Below are positions 37,806 to 48,288 of a stretch of 64,000 nt of DNA, piece after piece (position 1 is the stretch's first letter; every line of letters begins with the position of its first letter). The translations under genes were made by a program, and so were the position numbers. Where the stretch lies: positions 1,827,343 through 1,891,342 of the forward strand of contig OZ252088.1 of NCBI GenBank assembly GCA_965248065.1. The letters run 5' to 3'. This DNA comes from Dehalococcoidia bacterium. Its GTDB lineage: Bacteria; Chloroflexota; Dehalococcoidia; Lucifugimonadales; Australimonadaceae. The notes beneath the pieces are model-generated. The model was not told the DNA's origin, did no database searches, and saw nothing but the letters and a program-made list of their open reading frames with translations.

Positions 37806-39399
37806 ATGGCAAAGCCACGCATCGCGGTGTTCTCGGGGCCGCGTTCGACGATTGCGAACACGCCGACGCTCGTGACGAGCAACAAGGGGCGCAGTGCGGA
37901 CGAGCCGCAATTGGAAGGGGCGGTTCGACCACCTGGCGCCGCAGCGCCTGCACGAGCCGGTGCGGGTGCGCATCGAGAAGTTCAGCGCGCATCCGCTGGA
38001 GTCCGACGCCGCGGAGGTCTACCACGACGACGGCAAGCCGTACTACGAGGTGGAGCTGCGCCCGGAGGACGGCGCGTATCTCCTGCCCTACGTGGCGCGG
38101 CGCAACGACGGCTCAGCCGACGGCGCGCCCTTCGAGGACGCCGACCTGCGCGACGCCAGCATCGGCTACGGCGGGCGGCAGTCGTTCTTCCCGGATGCGT
38201 CGCGGCTGTTCGAGGAGATCGACCGTGGGCTGAGCGGGCGCGGCCACGACGGCGCGGCGAGCGAGCTGGACCGGCTCGCGGACTACGACTTCGTGCGCGT
38301 ACTGCCTCCGGCGGGCTACACGAAGCAGGGCGAAACGGCGGGGCGTGACTTCTTTCCATACAGTCCGCGTCCCATCGGCAAGTTCCTGTCGAACGCGGCG
38401 ATGGCCCGCGCCGTGAACATCGTGCAGCAGACGATCGACTCCGGGCGCTACGACGGCTTCATCTGGCTGGAGGGGAACCCGCACGTCGAGGAGACGCTCT
38501 ACTGGCTGAGCCTCGTGCTGGACACTCCCCTGCCCTTCGTCGGCATATCGTCGCAGCGCGCGCACGGGACGCTCGCCAACGACGGCGACCGGAACATCGT
38601 GGACGCGGCGCGCTACATCGCGTCCGGCCTCGGCGAGGGGCTGGGGGCGGTGGGCATCGTGGACGAGCAGATATTCGCGGCGCGCACGTTCAAGAAGGGC
38701 GACGCGCGTCCGGGCGGCTACCGCGCGACGGGCGGACACGGCGGGGTGCTCGGCAGCGCGGGCGAGGAGGTGCGCGTCTGGTTCCGTCCCGCGTACCGGA
38801 CGACCGGGTCGTCCGGAGTCGCGCTGAAGAGCCTGCCCGCCGAGGTCGTCTTCCAGGAGTATGGGGACAGCCCGGAGACGGCGAGCGTGCGCATCGAGGA
38901 CGAGGACGGCTCGCTGCGCGGGGACGCCATCGCGCCGGTGCACATGGTGAAGTACGGCCACTACATGGCGGAGGAGGATACGGCGAACCCGGACGTGGAG
39001 GTCGACATCATGGCGCGCATCCAGCGCGGCATCGATCAAGAGTCGTCGCCGGACGCGGACAGCCCCAAGCTCCACGGGTTCGTGCTGGAAGGCGCGGCGG
39101 GCACCGGATCGGCGCTGCCGAGCCAGCTCGCGGCGCTCGCCATAGCGGTCTACAGCGGCATGCCCGTGGCGCGCGTGAGCCGGGGCGACCCGGAGGGCGC
39201 GATGCCGTCCAACCCGAACGATCTGACGATAGAGGGGAGCAACCTGGACGCGATCAAGGCGCGGGTGCTGCTGCGGGCGGCGATGCTGAAGCTGGGGCGG
39301 CTACCCAAAGCCCGCGACCCGCGCAACCCGACGCCCCAGGAGCGCGAGGCGTCGCTCGCGGCAATCGCGCGCTATCAGGAGCTATTCGACACGCACTAG
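37806..39399 (+). pseudogene. asparaginase-like protein with +1 frameshift (or sequence error)
   Basis: N-terminus in one frame joins RFDHLAPQ in another at G-run 37917-37920; VEETLYW, GDRNIVDA, GSNLDAIKARVLL. Confidence 0.75.
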
Positions 39400-39731
39400 G
39401 GAGAGGCTCCTTGGAGCGGTTGCCCGTCAGGCAGGCTGGTAGCGCGGACCTTGATCTCGCTCTCCCGGGCGCGCATCTGCGAAGCGTCTCGCCAAGCCTG
39501 CATCCGCAGCAGCATGTCCATATTTACGCCAAAGGCCTTCTCAATCCGCAGCGCCATCTCCGGCGATAGCGCGGCATTGCTGTTTAGCAGGTCCGATAGC
39601 GTCGCCCTGCGGACGCCCAGTATCCCGGCCGCTTTCGTCACGCTCAGGCCCAACTCTTCGGTGACCTCGGTGCGAATGAAGTCGCCCGGATGCGAGGGAG
39701 TCATGTTCACTTTGATACCGCCGGTAGCCAT
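39396..39731 (-). CDS. higA: HigA family antitoxin
   Basis: HPGDFI, LSVTKAA..LGVRR, LSPEMALRIEKAFG. Confidence 0.88.
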   Translation of the reverse strand: MATGGIKVNMTPSHPGDFIRTEVTEELGLSVTKAAGILGVRRATLSDLLNSNAALSPEMALRIEKAFGVNMDMLLRMQAWRDASQMRARESEIKVRATSLPDGQPLQGASP

Positions 39732-39751
39732 CAGTGGTAGTCCTCAAAGTC
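39731..39751 (-). pseudogene. HigB toxin 3' remnant
   Basis: DFEDYH* with TGATG coupling to higA; in-frame TAG immediately upstream. Confidence 0.55.
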
Positions 39752-39780
39752 CTATGCAAGTCCGATGAACGTGCTTCGAG

Positions 39781-40017
39781 TTAGCGGCGGAAGAACGTCC
39801 TCAGCCGCGCAAGGAGCGATTCCTCTTCGCGCGGCTTGCTCATCTCGCGCTCGCGGGCCCGGCGCTCGCCCTCTGCGCGCCATTCGGACGCCATGCGCTC
39901 GTCGGCCGCCGGCTGGCGCTTCTTGCCGTGGAGGATCTCCCTGGCGCTGTCGCCGAGGCCCATGCGGTGCAGCCGGTCGGCAACGATCGATTTCCATTCT
40001 CTCGGGCCGGAGTGCAT
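39781..40017 (-). CDS. small hypothetical protein
   Basis: GGAGG RBS, charged 78-aa ORF. Confidence 0.55.
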   Translation of the reverse strand: MHSGPREWKSIVADRLHRMGLGDSAREILHGKKRQPAADERMASEWRAEGERRAREREMSKPREEESLLARLRTFFRR

Positions 40018-40126
40018 ACGACGCCTCCATGTACCGCTACCCATCCCTCCCCAACCCTCCCCCGCGGACGGGAGCGGGAGAAGGCGAGGTTCCGCCTGCA
40101 GGGGGGTGGCGGGGAAGTTGCGCAGG

Positions 40127-41119
40127 CTACGAGGCGCCGAAGCGGGGGAAGGCTTCGCGGGCGACGGTCTCGAAGACGTTGGCGCGGTCCTGGTCGGTCA
40201 GCCAGTCGATGTCCTCGATGACGGGCTTGAGGTCGTCGAGCCAGAGGCCGGTGTTGGGGTCTTTCGAAGAGCCGGTGCCGGGCCGCTCGGTGCCGAACAT
40301 GCAGCGGTCGGTCCCCACGATCTTGAAGAGCAGCTCGAGGCCCTCCTTGTTGTAGAGGACGGAGTCGAAGTAGAGCTTCTTGAGGCTCTCGTCGAACGGG
40401 ACCACGTTCGGACGGCGCCAGCGGAGCGCCCTCCAGCGTCCGATCTGGTAAGGGATCGAGCCGCCGCCGTGGCACATGATGATCTTGAGGCTGGGGAAGT
40501 CGTCGTAGACGGTGGAGTCGCACAGGGAGACGGTCTGGATGCTCTCCTCGGTGATGAAGTGGCCGGTGTAGGACTCGCGGACGTTCTTGCAGGAGGCGGA
40601 GTGAACGAAGGCGGGGACGTCGTACTTCACCATGCGCTCGTAGAGGGGGTACCAGTACCGGTCGCCCATCGGCGGGGTGTCGTTGTCCATGCCCTCGGAT
40701 GGGTCGGGGTTGATCATGATGCCGATGAAGCCGAGGTCGTTGACGCAGCGGTCGACCTCTTCAAGGACGACGTCGACCGGCTCGCCGTGCAGCTGGGGCA
40801 AGCCCGCGACACCCTGGTAGCGGTTGGGGTACATCTCGACGGTCTTGGCGATGAGGTCGTTGTTCGCTCTGCAGAAGGCCTCGACGAGGCTGCCGGGCTT
40901 CTCGGAGTGCATGAGCTGGAACGGCCGGGGCGACAGGAATTGCATGTCGGTGCCGACGGCGTCGAGGACGGTCTCGATGTGGTTGTCGACGGTGGCCTTG
41001 AGCTTCTCGTCGGGTATGCCGCCCCAATGGCTGTATGCGCCGCGGCTGGAGAGCAGTCCGGCCTTGTAGGCGTAGAGCTCGGGCGGGGCGTTCAGGTGTC
41101 CGTGGATGTCGATAATCAT
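40127..41119 (-). CDS. amidohydrolase, 4-oxalomesaconate hydratase (LigJ)-like
   Basis: MIIDIHGH, INPDPS, YWYPLYE, CHGGGSIPYQIGR, FGTE. Confidence 0.85.
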   Translation of the reverse strand: MIIDIHGHLNAPPELYAYKAGLLSSRGAYSHWGGIPDEKLKATVDNHIETVLDAVGTDMQFLSPRPFQLMHSEKPGSLVEAFCRANNDLIAKTVEMYPNRYQGVAGLPQLHGEPVDVVLEEVDRCVNDLGFIGIMINPDPSEGMDNDTPPMGDRYWYPLYERMVKYDVPAFVHSASCKNVRESYTGHFITEESIQTVSLCDSTVYDDFPSLKIIMCHGGGSIPYQIGRWRALRWRRPNVVPFDESLKKLYFDSVLYNKEGLELLFKIVGTDRCMFGTERPGTGSSKDPNTGLWLDDLKPVIEDIDWLTDQDRANVFETVAREAFPRFGAS

Positions 41120-41222
41120 AAGCGTCTCCTCCGCTTCTCGGTGTGGTCGAGGCATACGGATGCTAGCACGTTGGAGACTTGGTAGGATTCCGGCCATCCC
41201 AAAAGGACGAGGAGAGGCGCAG

Positions 41223-42005
41223 ATGCTGCTTGAAGGCAAGGTTGCGGTGGTGACGGGGAGCGGGCCGAATATCGGGGGCGAAATCGTCAGGACCCTCGCG
41301 AGCGAAGGCGCAAAGGTGGTATGCGTCGATTTCCTCGACGACCGAGCGGACGTGGCCGCGTCGTCGGTCCGTGAATTGGGCGGGGACGCGATCGGCGTCA
41401 GCGCGGACATCTCCTCGCCGACGGGCGTTGAAGAGGTCTTCCGGGCGACGGACGACGCCTATGGGCGCGTCGACATCCTCGTTAACAATGCCGCCGTCAA
41501 CAACGAGGCGGGGATCCTGGACATCGACTACGAGAAATGGAAGTGGGTGCAGTCCGTCATCATGGACGGGACGATGCTGTGCAGTCAGCAGGCCGCCCGC
41601 CGGATGGTGGCGCAAGGCGAGGGCGGAGCCATCGTCAACACCGCTTCGACGACCGGGCACCGGGGGAAGGCGGGGTTCATCGCTTACTCAGCGTCGAAGG
41701 GCGCGGTGCTGCAGATGACGCGGACGATGGCGATCCAGCTGGCGCCGCACGGCATCCGCGTGAATTCGATCACGCCCACGCAGACGGGATCGAGCCGCGG
41801 CACGACGCCCGGCGGCAGCACTGCGCCGCGCGCCGCCAAGCCGAAGAACATTCCGCTCGGCAGGTGGGGCGAGCCGTCCGACCAGGCGCAGGCCGTGCTG
41901 TTCCTGGCGTCGCCGATGTCGGCCTACGTTACCGGCGAGAACATCAATGTCGACGGTGGACTGCTGGCGCTGTTCCCGTCGGAGCGCGGGCTGAGCGAGA
42001 CGTAG
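41223..42005 (+). CDS. SDR family oxidoreductase
   Basis: TGSGPNIG, LVNNA, YSASK. Confidence 0.92.
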   Translation: MLLEGKVAVVTGSGPNIGGEIVRTLASEGAKVVCVDFLDDRADVAASSVRELGGDAIGVSADISSPTGVEEVFRATDDAYGRVDILVNNAAVNNEAGILDIDYEKWKWVQSVIMDGTMLCSQQAARRMVAQGEGGAIVNTASTTGHRGKAGFIAYSASKGAVLQMTRTMAIQLAPHGIRVNSITPTQTGSSRGTTPGGSTAPRAAKPKNIPLGRWGEPSDQAQAVLFLASPMSAYVTGENINVDGGLLALFPSERGLSET

Positions 42006-42019
42006 GCTGGGGCTAGGCG

Positions 42020-42358
42020 CTAGGCATCCGGAACTAGCGGCTCCAGCTGGGCGATGAGCCAGGGCAGGTCCTTATGGATGGTGTCCCATACTACGTCGAG
42101 GTCAATCGCATAGTAGGCGTGAACGAGGCGATTTCGCATGCCGATGATTTTGGCCCAGGGGATAGCAGGGCCGGTCTGCTGAGTGCCGTCACTGACGTGC
42201 GAGGCCGCTTCACCGATGGTCTCGACCGCTTTGAATATCGCATACCTGTGTAGGATGCTCTCCCTGAATTGAGGGAACGACAGCCCTTCCGTGAAGTAGA
42301 GCGCCTCGTGGGCGTATGACCGCATGTCGGCCAGGTAATCCTCATCCTGACGCGGCAT
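42020..42358 (-). CDS. HEPN/DUF86 RNase toxin (HepT-like)
   Basis: GMRNRLVHAY RX4H motif. Confidence 0.88.
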   Translation of the reverse strand: MPRQDEDYLADMRSYAHEALYFTEGLSFPQFRESILHRYAIFKAVETIGEAASHVSDGTQQTGPAIPWAKIIGMRNRLVHAYYAIDLDVVWDTIHKDLPWLIAQLEPLVPDA

Positions 42359-42674
42359 ACACTACCCGTGCAGAATCCAGGATTCTCTTCCGGTGGAAGC
42401 GGTTGGCGCTCTGCTCCAAACCCCTCCATGAGATTAGGTTGACTTCGCGGCCGAGCAGTCCGGCGAGCTCACGCTCCATGTCGTCAAGGTCAAAGAGGGT
42501 GTGACGCGCCTCCGGCCCGAAGCGAGCAATCACGTCTACTGCGCTCTCAGGCCCGAATTCGTTGTCATCGCTCACGACGGAGCCGAAGAAGGCGAGCTTT
42601 GTGATTTGCCAGCGTTTGCAAAACGCCGCGAGTTCGGCTTTAGGCACGCGAATCTTGGGCTTCGTCATAGTCAT
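42342..42674 (-). CDS. minimal nucleotidyltransferase antitoxin (MntA-like)
   Basis: FFGS...ESAVD (DxD degenerate), ELAGLLGREV. Confidence 0.85.
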   Translation of the reverse strand: MTMTKPKIRVPKAELAAFCKRWQITKLAFFGSVVSDDNEFGPESAVDVIARFGPEARHTLFDLDDMERELAGLLGREVNLISWRGLEQSANRFHRKRILDSARVVYAASG

Positions 42675-42688
42675 GCCTCTTCCCTATT

Positions 42689-43111
42689 CTACTCCGGCTC
42701 GGCCCAGGGATTGTAGCTGCCGACGTGCCATAGCTGGCCCTCGGGGTCGCGGACGGAGAAGAGGCTTCCGCCGTAGAACTGCTCCTCGAGTTCCATGACG
42801 ATGTTCGCGCCGGCGGCCTTCACTCGCTCGTAATGCGCCTCGATGTCGCTGACGACGATGAGGGCGCACTGGGTGAGGAGGGCGCCGGGGGCAGGGGCGA
42901 CGACGATGTCGCCGGCGTCGTCCCGGTAGGAGCCGAGCATGACCATGCCGTTGCCGAGTTTCAGCTGGGCGTGGGCGACGCCGCCTGCGCCGTCCGGGAC
43001 GACGAGATGGCGCTCGAACCCGAGGACGTCGCAGAGCCAGTCGATAGCGGCGAAGGCGTCGCGGTACCGCATGCCGGGGATGATGTTGGCTTTCAGGTCT
43101 GCCTGGTCCAT
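42689..43111 (-). CDS. VOC/glyoxalase family protein
   Basis: AAIDWL..LGF, HAQLKLG, RDPEGQLW. Confidence 0.9.
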   Translation of the reverse strand: MDQADLKANIIPGMRYRDAFAAIDWLCDVLGFERHLVVPDGAGGVAHAQLKLGNGMVMLGSYRDDAGDIVVAPAPGALLTQCALIVVSDIEAHYERVKAAGANIVMELEEQFYGGSLFSVRDPEGQLWHVGSYNPWAEPE

Positions 43112-43268
43112 CGGGGCCTCCTAGAGAGCGTTGGGACTGAACGGTCGACCCCATTTCTTGAGTTCCTGCGGGGGAACGATGAGAGTGGGGTCCGTCAGCC
43201 GGGTAAGTTTCCGACTCGGCGGACGCCAGGGCAAGACGCCCCTGTCACAACATCTCCGGCCGGCGCAG

Positions 43269-44537
43269 CTAGCCGCGCTCCTGACTGCGGTGCGTCTCGG
43301 GCACGAACGCGCCGAGGATGAACGAGGAGAGCATCCCGGCAACGCCGACGATTCCCAGGGCCAGGGTGAAGCCGGAGAGCGCCGTGCATAGCGAGAAGAG
43401 CGCGGGGTTGGTCGCGAATCCAGCCTGCGTAACGGTGCGTCCGACGGCGAAGAACCGCCCTCTGGCGCCGGCTGGCGCGAGGTCGGAGCCGATGACCTGC
43501 CAGGAGCCGGTGAGCAGGCTGTTCATCGTCTGCAGCACCACGAAGCCGACCACGAAGTAGGCGAACCCCAGCCCAGCGAAGGACGTCACGCCTAAGTAGG
43601 CCATCGCGGCGCCCAGTACGGCGAGGCCGGGGACGATGGTGACCTTCCGGCCAAAGCGGTCCATCAGGTACCCAGCGGACAACGTCAGGGGTATCCCCGC
43701 CCCCGCCATCAGGCTGCTGAGGATGCCGAGGGTCCTGGGGTCGGCGTCGTAGGCGTAGGAGGCGTAGACGAACACGGTGCTCCCCGCCACGACGCCGCCG
43801 CGCGCCGTCATGCCCAGCCACTGGGCGAGGAACATGATTGGTATCGGCCGGGCGAGGAGAGACTTCCACGAGAAGTCGCCGGGGGCTGGGGTCCCCTGTC
43901 CCCCGGCGCGGCGCGGGCGGGTCTCCGGCATGGTCTCTTTGGCGAAGAATCCGGGCATCATCGCCACGAGCGCGAACACGCCTTGCAGGACGAACGCGAC
44001 CTGTAGGCCATAGGACACGGCCACAACGCCGCCGACCAACGGCCCAGCGAGCGTACCGACGTGCTGCACGCCGAGGAGACTCGTGATCATGCGGCCTCGG
44101 GAGGCGGACGCGTTGGTGTCGGCAATCATGGTGAGGCGGCTGAGGGTCCACATCTGGGTGCCCCACCCGCCGATGAAGCGATAGAGGAGCAGCTCTTCGA
44201 AGGAGCCGGCTGTGGCGGTGAGGAAGGCGGCGAGCGCGGTAATCGCCGGTCCTAGGATGAGGATGCGCCGCCGCCCAATCTTGTCGAGCAGGTAGCCGAT
44301 GGGGACGCTGGCTATGAGCCCACCAAGCATGTTGGCCACGAACACGAGAGACGCTTGCCCCGGCCCCACCCCAAACGACTTGGCGAACTCGGGCACGACG
44401 GGGACGGTCGCCCCCATGCCGAACCCGAGGGCGATCGCGGGCAAGTGCAACTGGAGTATGAGCCGTAGGAGCGATCGCCTAGGGGCACCCGTACCGGCGG
44501 CGGGCGCCGGAGGTTGGTTGGATGGGGGTTGCGTCAC
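43269..44537 (-). CDS. MFS transporter
   Basis: ~12 TM segments, GYLLDKIGRR and DRFGRK motifs. Confidence 0.9.
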   Translation of the reverse strand: MTQPPSNQPPAPAAGTGAPRRSLLRLILQLHLPAIALGFGMGATVPVVPEFAKSFGVGPGQASLVFVANMLGGLIASVPIGYLLDKIGRRRILILGPAITALAAFLTATAGSFEELLLYRFIGGWGTQMWTLSRLTMIADTNASASRGRMITSLLGVQHVGTLAGPLVGGVVAVSYGLQVAFVLQGVFALVAMMPGFFAKETMPETRPRRAGGQGTPAPGDFSWKSLLARPIPIMFLAQWLGMTARGGVVAGSTVFVYASYAYDADPRTLGILSSLMAGAGIPLTLSAGYLMDRFGRKVTIVPGLAVLGAAMAYLGVTSFAGLGFAYFVVGFVVLQTMNSLLTGSWQVIGSDLAPAGARGRFFAVGRTVTQAGFATNPALFSLCTALSGFTLALGIVGVAGMLSSFILGAFVPETHRSQERG

Positions 44538-44605
44538 CCCCGGAGCTTACACGTCAATCGAGGCTTCCGCCCCCGCTCGTCCAATCCAAGCGACAACGAT
44601 ACTCG

Positions 44606-45733
44606 TCACCACTGAACGAACATGGGCATGACGACGTGGACGTAGTCCGGGTCGTCGAGGGGGCGGATGACTCCGGGGCTGGAGGACGTGGTCATCTCCA
44701 AGGCGACCTTCTCCTTGCCGAGGACGGCCAGCACGTCGCTCAGGTAGCGGCTGTTGAAGGCAATCTTGGCCTCGGGGCCTTCGACATCGGCCTCGATGTC
44801 GCCGGTGTTATCGCCTACTTCCTCGGCTCGCGAGGAGATGGTGAGCTTGCCTGTCCCGCCGACGTCCGGCGCAATCTGCAGGCGGATGATGCCGGAGCCG
44901 TCCTTGGCGAAGATGGCGGCGGTGCGGGTGGCGCGCTGGAGCTCGCCAAGGTCGACGATCGCCCTCGTGGTGCGCTCTTGGGGAATGAGCTGGCTGTAGT
45001 TCGGGAACGTCCCCTGGATGAGCTGGGAGACGACCTCGACGTTCTTGAGGCGGAAGAGCGCCTGGCTGCGCTGAGTCGTAATCACGATGTCCACGGGGTC
45101 GTCGCCATCGATCAGGCGCTCGATCTCGGTGAGGGTGCGGGCGGGAATGATGACGGAGAGCTTGTCGCCCACCGGCTCCAAGAGCTCTGCGGTGCGAACG
45201 GCGAGGCGGAAGCCATCGGCGGCGGCCAGCGTAACCTTGGAGCCTTCCATCTCGACGTTGACGCCGGTGAGCACGGGGCGGGAGTCCTCGACGGCGGCGG
45301 CGAGCGCCACCTGGTGGATGGCCTCGCGCAGCGCCCTGCCGCTGATCTTGGTGGAGACGCCCTCGCCCACGGACGGGATGGGAGGGAACTCCTCGGCGGG
45401 GCCGCCGTTGATAGTGGACTGGAAGCGGTCGCCCTTCACCTCGATGCCTCGACCCGCGGAGTTCGTATTCACCTCGATGGTCTGGGGTCTGAGGGAGTTG
45501 ACGAAGTCGGTGAGGAGACGGGCGGGAATGGTGACCGAGCCCTCGCCGACGATCTCGCCGCCGACCCAGGTGCTGATGGCGATCTCGAGGTTGGTGGCGG
45601 ACAGCTTCAGTCTGCCCTCGTCGGTGGCGAGCAGCACGTGCTGGGTAATGGGCAGCGTGGTGCGGGTTGCGACGGCTCGCTGGACGATGCCGAGCCCGTG
45701 GCTGAGATTCTCCTGAAGGCAATTCAACTGCAT
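44606..45733 (-). CDS. dnaN: DNA polymerase III beta sliding clamp
   Basis: SATNLE, SRPVLTG, AADGFRL, FNSRYL, VVMPM. Confidence 0.96.
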   Translation of the reverse strand: MQLNCLQENLSHGLGIVQRAVATRTTLPITQHVLLATDEGRLKLSATNLEIAISTWVGGEIVGEGSVTIPARLLTDFVNSLRPQTIEVNTNSAGRGIEVKGDRFQSTINGGPAEEFPPIPSVGEGVSTKISGRALREAIHQVALAAAVEDSRPVLTGVNVEMEGSKVTLAAADGFRLAVRTAELLEPVGDKLSVIIPARTLTEIERLIDGDDPVDIVITTQRSQALFRLKNVEVVSQLIQGTFPNYSQLIPQERTTRAIVDLGELQRATRTAAIFAKDGSGIIRLQIAPDVGGTGKLTISSRAEEVGDNTGDIEADVEGPEAKIAFNSRYLSDVLAVLGKEKVALEMTTSSSPGVIRPLDDPDYVHVVMPMFVQW

Positions 45734-45943
45734 GTAACGGACCTCAAGATGTTGTGGTTATTCGGACGTTGGAGCGCTCAGTATAGGCGCGGCAGGGAGA
45801 GGGGTCAACGCACAGACGAGCAAGGCCACGGCCTGCTAAAGAGGGCTTACTTTACAGAAAACGGAGGCATCAAGGGGCAAGAGACCCCTCGGCACGCCTT
45901 TCTCTCTATTCGACTAGAGCGCCGGTCCTCGTCTCCCGCAGAC

Positions 45944-46267
45944 GAGACCTTTGCACGATTGTTCAACGCCGGGGACCCGGGGGCGAGGTTCCCGTCTGCG
46001 CGGGAATCCTTCACGTTGGGGCTGACGCCCCACACCACAAGCAACGAAAGTGAGGGGCGGACGCCTGGGGCGAGGGGCAGGAACCGCGCCGCTGTCGCGC
46101 CGCTACGAGGTTCCCGCCTACGCGGGAATGACGGGCAGGGGGCGCGGGGGTGACGGGGGAAGTCTGCGCGCTGCCGCCTCTCCTCCCCTGCGCTTTGCTG
46201 CGCCCGCGCGTCCCCTCCCGTAGACGGGAGGGGGTTTCCATGACGGAAGGCTAGTTGCAAAGGTCTC
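45944..46267. mobile_element. MITE-like element with GAGACCTTTGCA termini carrying REP cargo
   Basis: GAGACCTTTGCA ... TGCAAAGGTCTC; flanks GCAGAC / GCAGGC. Confidence 0.65.
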
Positions 46268-46367
46268 GCAGGCGGGGAGAGGCTTTTCGAGCGCCTATTT
46301 TTTCTCGAAACTGTCGCATTTGTCGGATTTTCCGTGGTATTCACTCCTAAGTGCGCGGTCCGCGCAC

Positions 46368-46446
46368 GACAGTTTGCGACAGCAAATGCGACACTTTGCG
46401 ACACAAATGCGACGGTTTGCGACAGTGATGCGACACTCTGCGACAG
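46368..46446. repeat. 10-11 bp phased TGCGACA repeats
   Basis: Near-copy of 11670-11742. Confidence 0.85.
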
Positions 46447-46501
46447 GCGGCTCGCGGGCATCGGAGGGGCAAGAGGGCGGGTCTGTTGGGCCATGAGAGG
46501 C

Positions 46502-46542
46502 AGGGTAGGAGAAGGGGTCCGTTTGCGCAACGGGCAGATGTC
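46502..46542 (-). promoter_or_regulatory. conserved promoter-like module copy C
   Basis: GACATCTGCCC-1nt-TTGCGC-17nt-TACCCT. Confidence 0.6.
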
Positions 46543-46573
46543 ACACTTCTCAGGGGTGGACCGGGGAGAGGGG

Positions 46574-47065
46574 CTACTGGGTCGCCAGGAAGTCCACGAT
46601 GGCGTCGAGGTCCGCGGGGGAGATGCTCGTGGCGAAGTCCTGGGGCATGAGGCCGTCCTCGTAGCCCTCGGTGACCACAGCGCTCGGGTTGAGGATGGAC
46701 TCCCTGATGAAGTCCGCGCCCTTCGCGCCGGCACCCGTGAGGTCCGGGCCGACATCCTGCTTCATTGCAGGGACGGACGCGAGGGTGTGGCACGTCCCAC
46801 ACCCGTTCAGGATGAGCAGGCCCGCGCCGCCGGTCGCGCCCCCTCCGTTCGTGGGGGCGGGCGTGAAGGTGGGCGTAGGCTCGACGGTCGCGCCGGGGGG
46901 AGGCTCGCAGTCGGCGCCCGACGCGGCCTCGATCCGCCCGTCCTTGGCGATGAAGCACTCCGACGCTGCAACTGGCTCGCCGCCGCCGCACGCCGCAGTT
47001 AGGAACGCGAAGAGCATGGCGGTGACGGTTAGGATGGCGAGCGCTGCCGGGCGGCGAAGCACCAC
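46574..47065 (-). CDS. c-type cytochrome lipoprotein
   Basis: Lipobox TAAC, CGTCH heme motif, GPDL, ESILNP, MP axial Met. Confidence 0.88.
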   Translation of the reverse strand: MVLRRPAALAILTVTAMLFAFLTAACGGGEPVAASECFIAKDGRIEAASGADCEPPPGATVEPTPTFTPAPTNGGGATGGAGLLILNGCGTCHTLASVPAMKQDVGPDLTGAGAKGADFIRESILNPSAVVTEGYEDGLMPQDFATSISPADLDAIVDFLATQ

Positions 47066-47264
47066 GTGATACCTCTAATTCTCGTCCTGGTCCGAGGCGG
47101 TTGTGATTTCTGTCACGTTGTAACACCGGCCTCGGCGTGCTGTCAAGGAACTCGCCGTCGTCCATAGGGACTCGTCCCACACCACGACCAGCGAAAACAG
47201 GCGGGTGAGGCTTGGGGCGAGGGGGGCAGGGATCGTGGCGCTGTCGCGCCGCTACGAGGTTCCC

Positions 47265-48288
47265 TGAATCCACAAACGAAGTGCAACACCAGATTAGGGT
47301 GTTGCCATGGAATACAGACAGCTCTGCATTGAGGAACGGTGTGAGATTGCCCGCTTACGCGCCAAGGGCTCCTCGGTCCGGCAAGTCGCTACAACTCTGG
47401 ATCGCGCGGCATCGACCGTGGCTCGGGAGCTGAAGCGGAACGCACTGCGAACGGACGGGTACCAAGCGTCGCCGGCCCAGGAGCGTGCCCGCGCGCGGCG
47501 CTGGACGGGGGCGCGGCTGGAACGGGACGAGGGGTTGCGGGAGCGGGTCTTGGCGGGCCTGAAGTGGGGGTGGTCGCCGGAGCAGGTCGCCCATGAGATG
47601 CGCAGAGAGGAGGGCCGGACGGTGACCTCGGACGAGAGCATCTACCGGTTCGTCTACGCCCAGGCCGCGCGGCACAAAGACCATGATTGGCGGCGCTACT
47701 TGCCGAGGGCGAAGTGGAAGCGGGGGAGGCGGGGCCGCAGGGGGGGAAGCTCGGTTTCCTTCATTCCCCTCCGCCGACCCGTTGCTGAGCGGCCTGCAGC
47801 GGCGGCCGACCGGCGGACCTTCGGGCACTGGGAGGCGGACACGATGCAGTTCGGGAGGTCGGGAGAGGTGGTGTTGGCCCTGCAGGAACGCTCCTCGCGC
47901 CTCTTGCTCCTCGCGCGTGCGCCGTCGAAGGAGGCGGGGCCGATCGCGGAGTCCATCGCCCGGATGCTGGGGCCGTTGCCGCCGGAGTTTCGCCAGACGG
48001 TGACCTTCGACAATGGGACCGAGTTCACCCGTCACTACGAGCTCCACCGGTTGGGCATCGAGACGTTCTTCTGCGACACGTACTCGCCGTGGCAGAAGGG
48101 GGGAGTGGAGAACGCGATCGGCCGGCTGCGGCGGTTCCTGCCGCGGGGGACGAATCTGGGGGAGGTGTCGGATGAGCGGTTTGCGCTGATCGGGCAGGCG
48201 TACAACAATACGCCGCGCAAGTGCCTGGGCTACCGGACACCGGCGGGGGTCGTCGAGGAGCAGGTGTTGCACTTCAAATGTGGATTCA
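47265..48288 (+). mobile_element. IS30 family element copy 3, inserted within REP family 1
   Basis: Left flank gctacgaggttccc, right flank cc-ttcccgccttcgcgggaatgac. Confidence 0.95.

Noticed and set aside
44606-46560. oriC next to dnaN
   Set aside because: No dnaA and no TTATCCACA cluster; the phased repeats are not DnaA boxes, and a separate dnaN is known in Dehalococcoidia.
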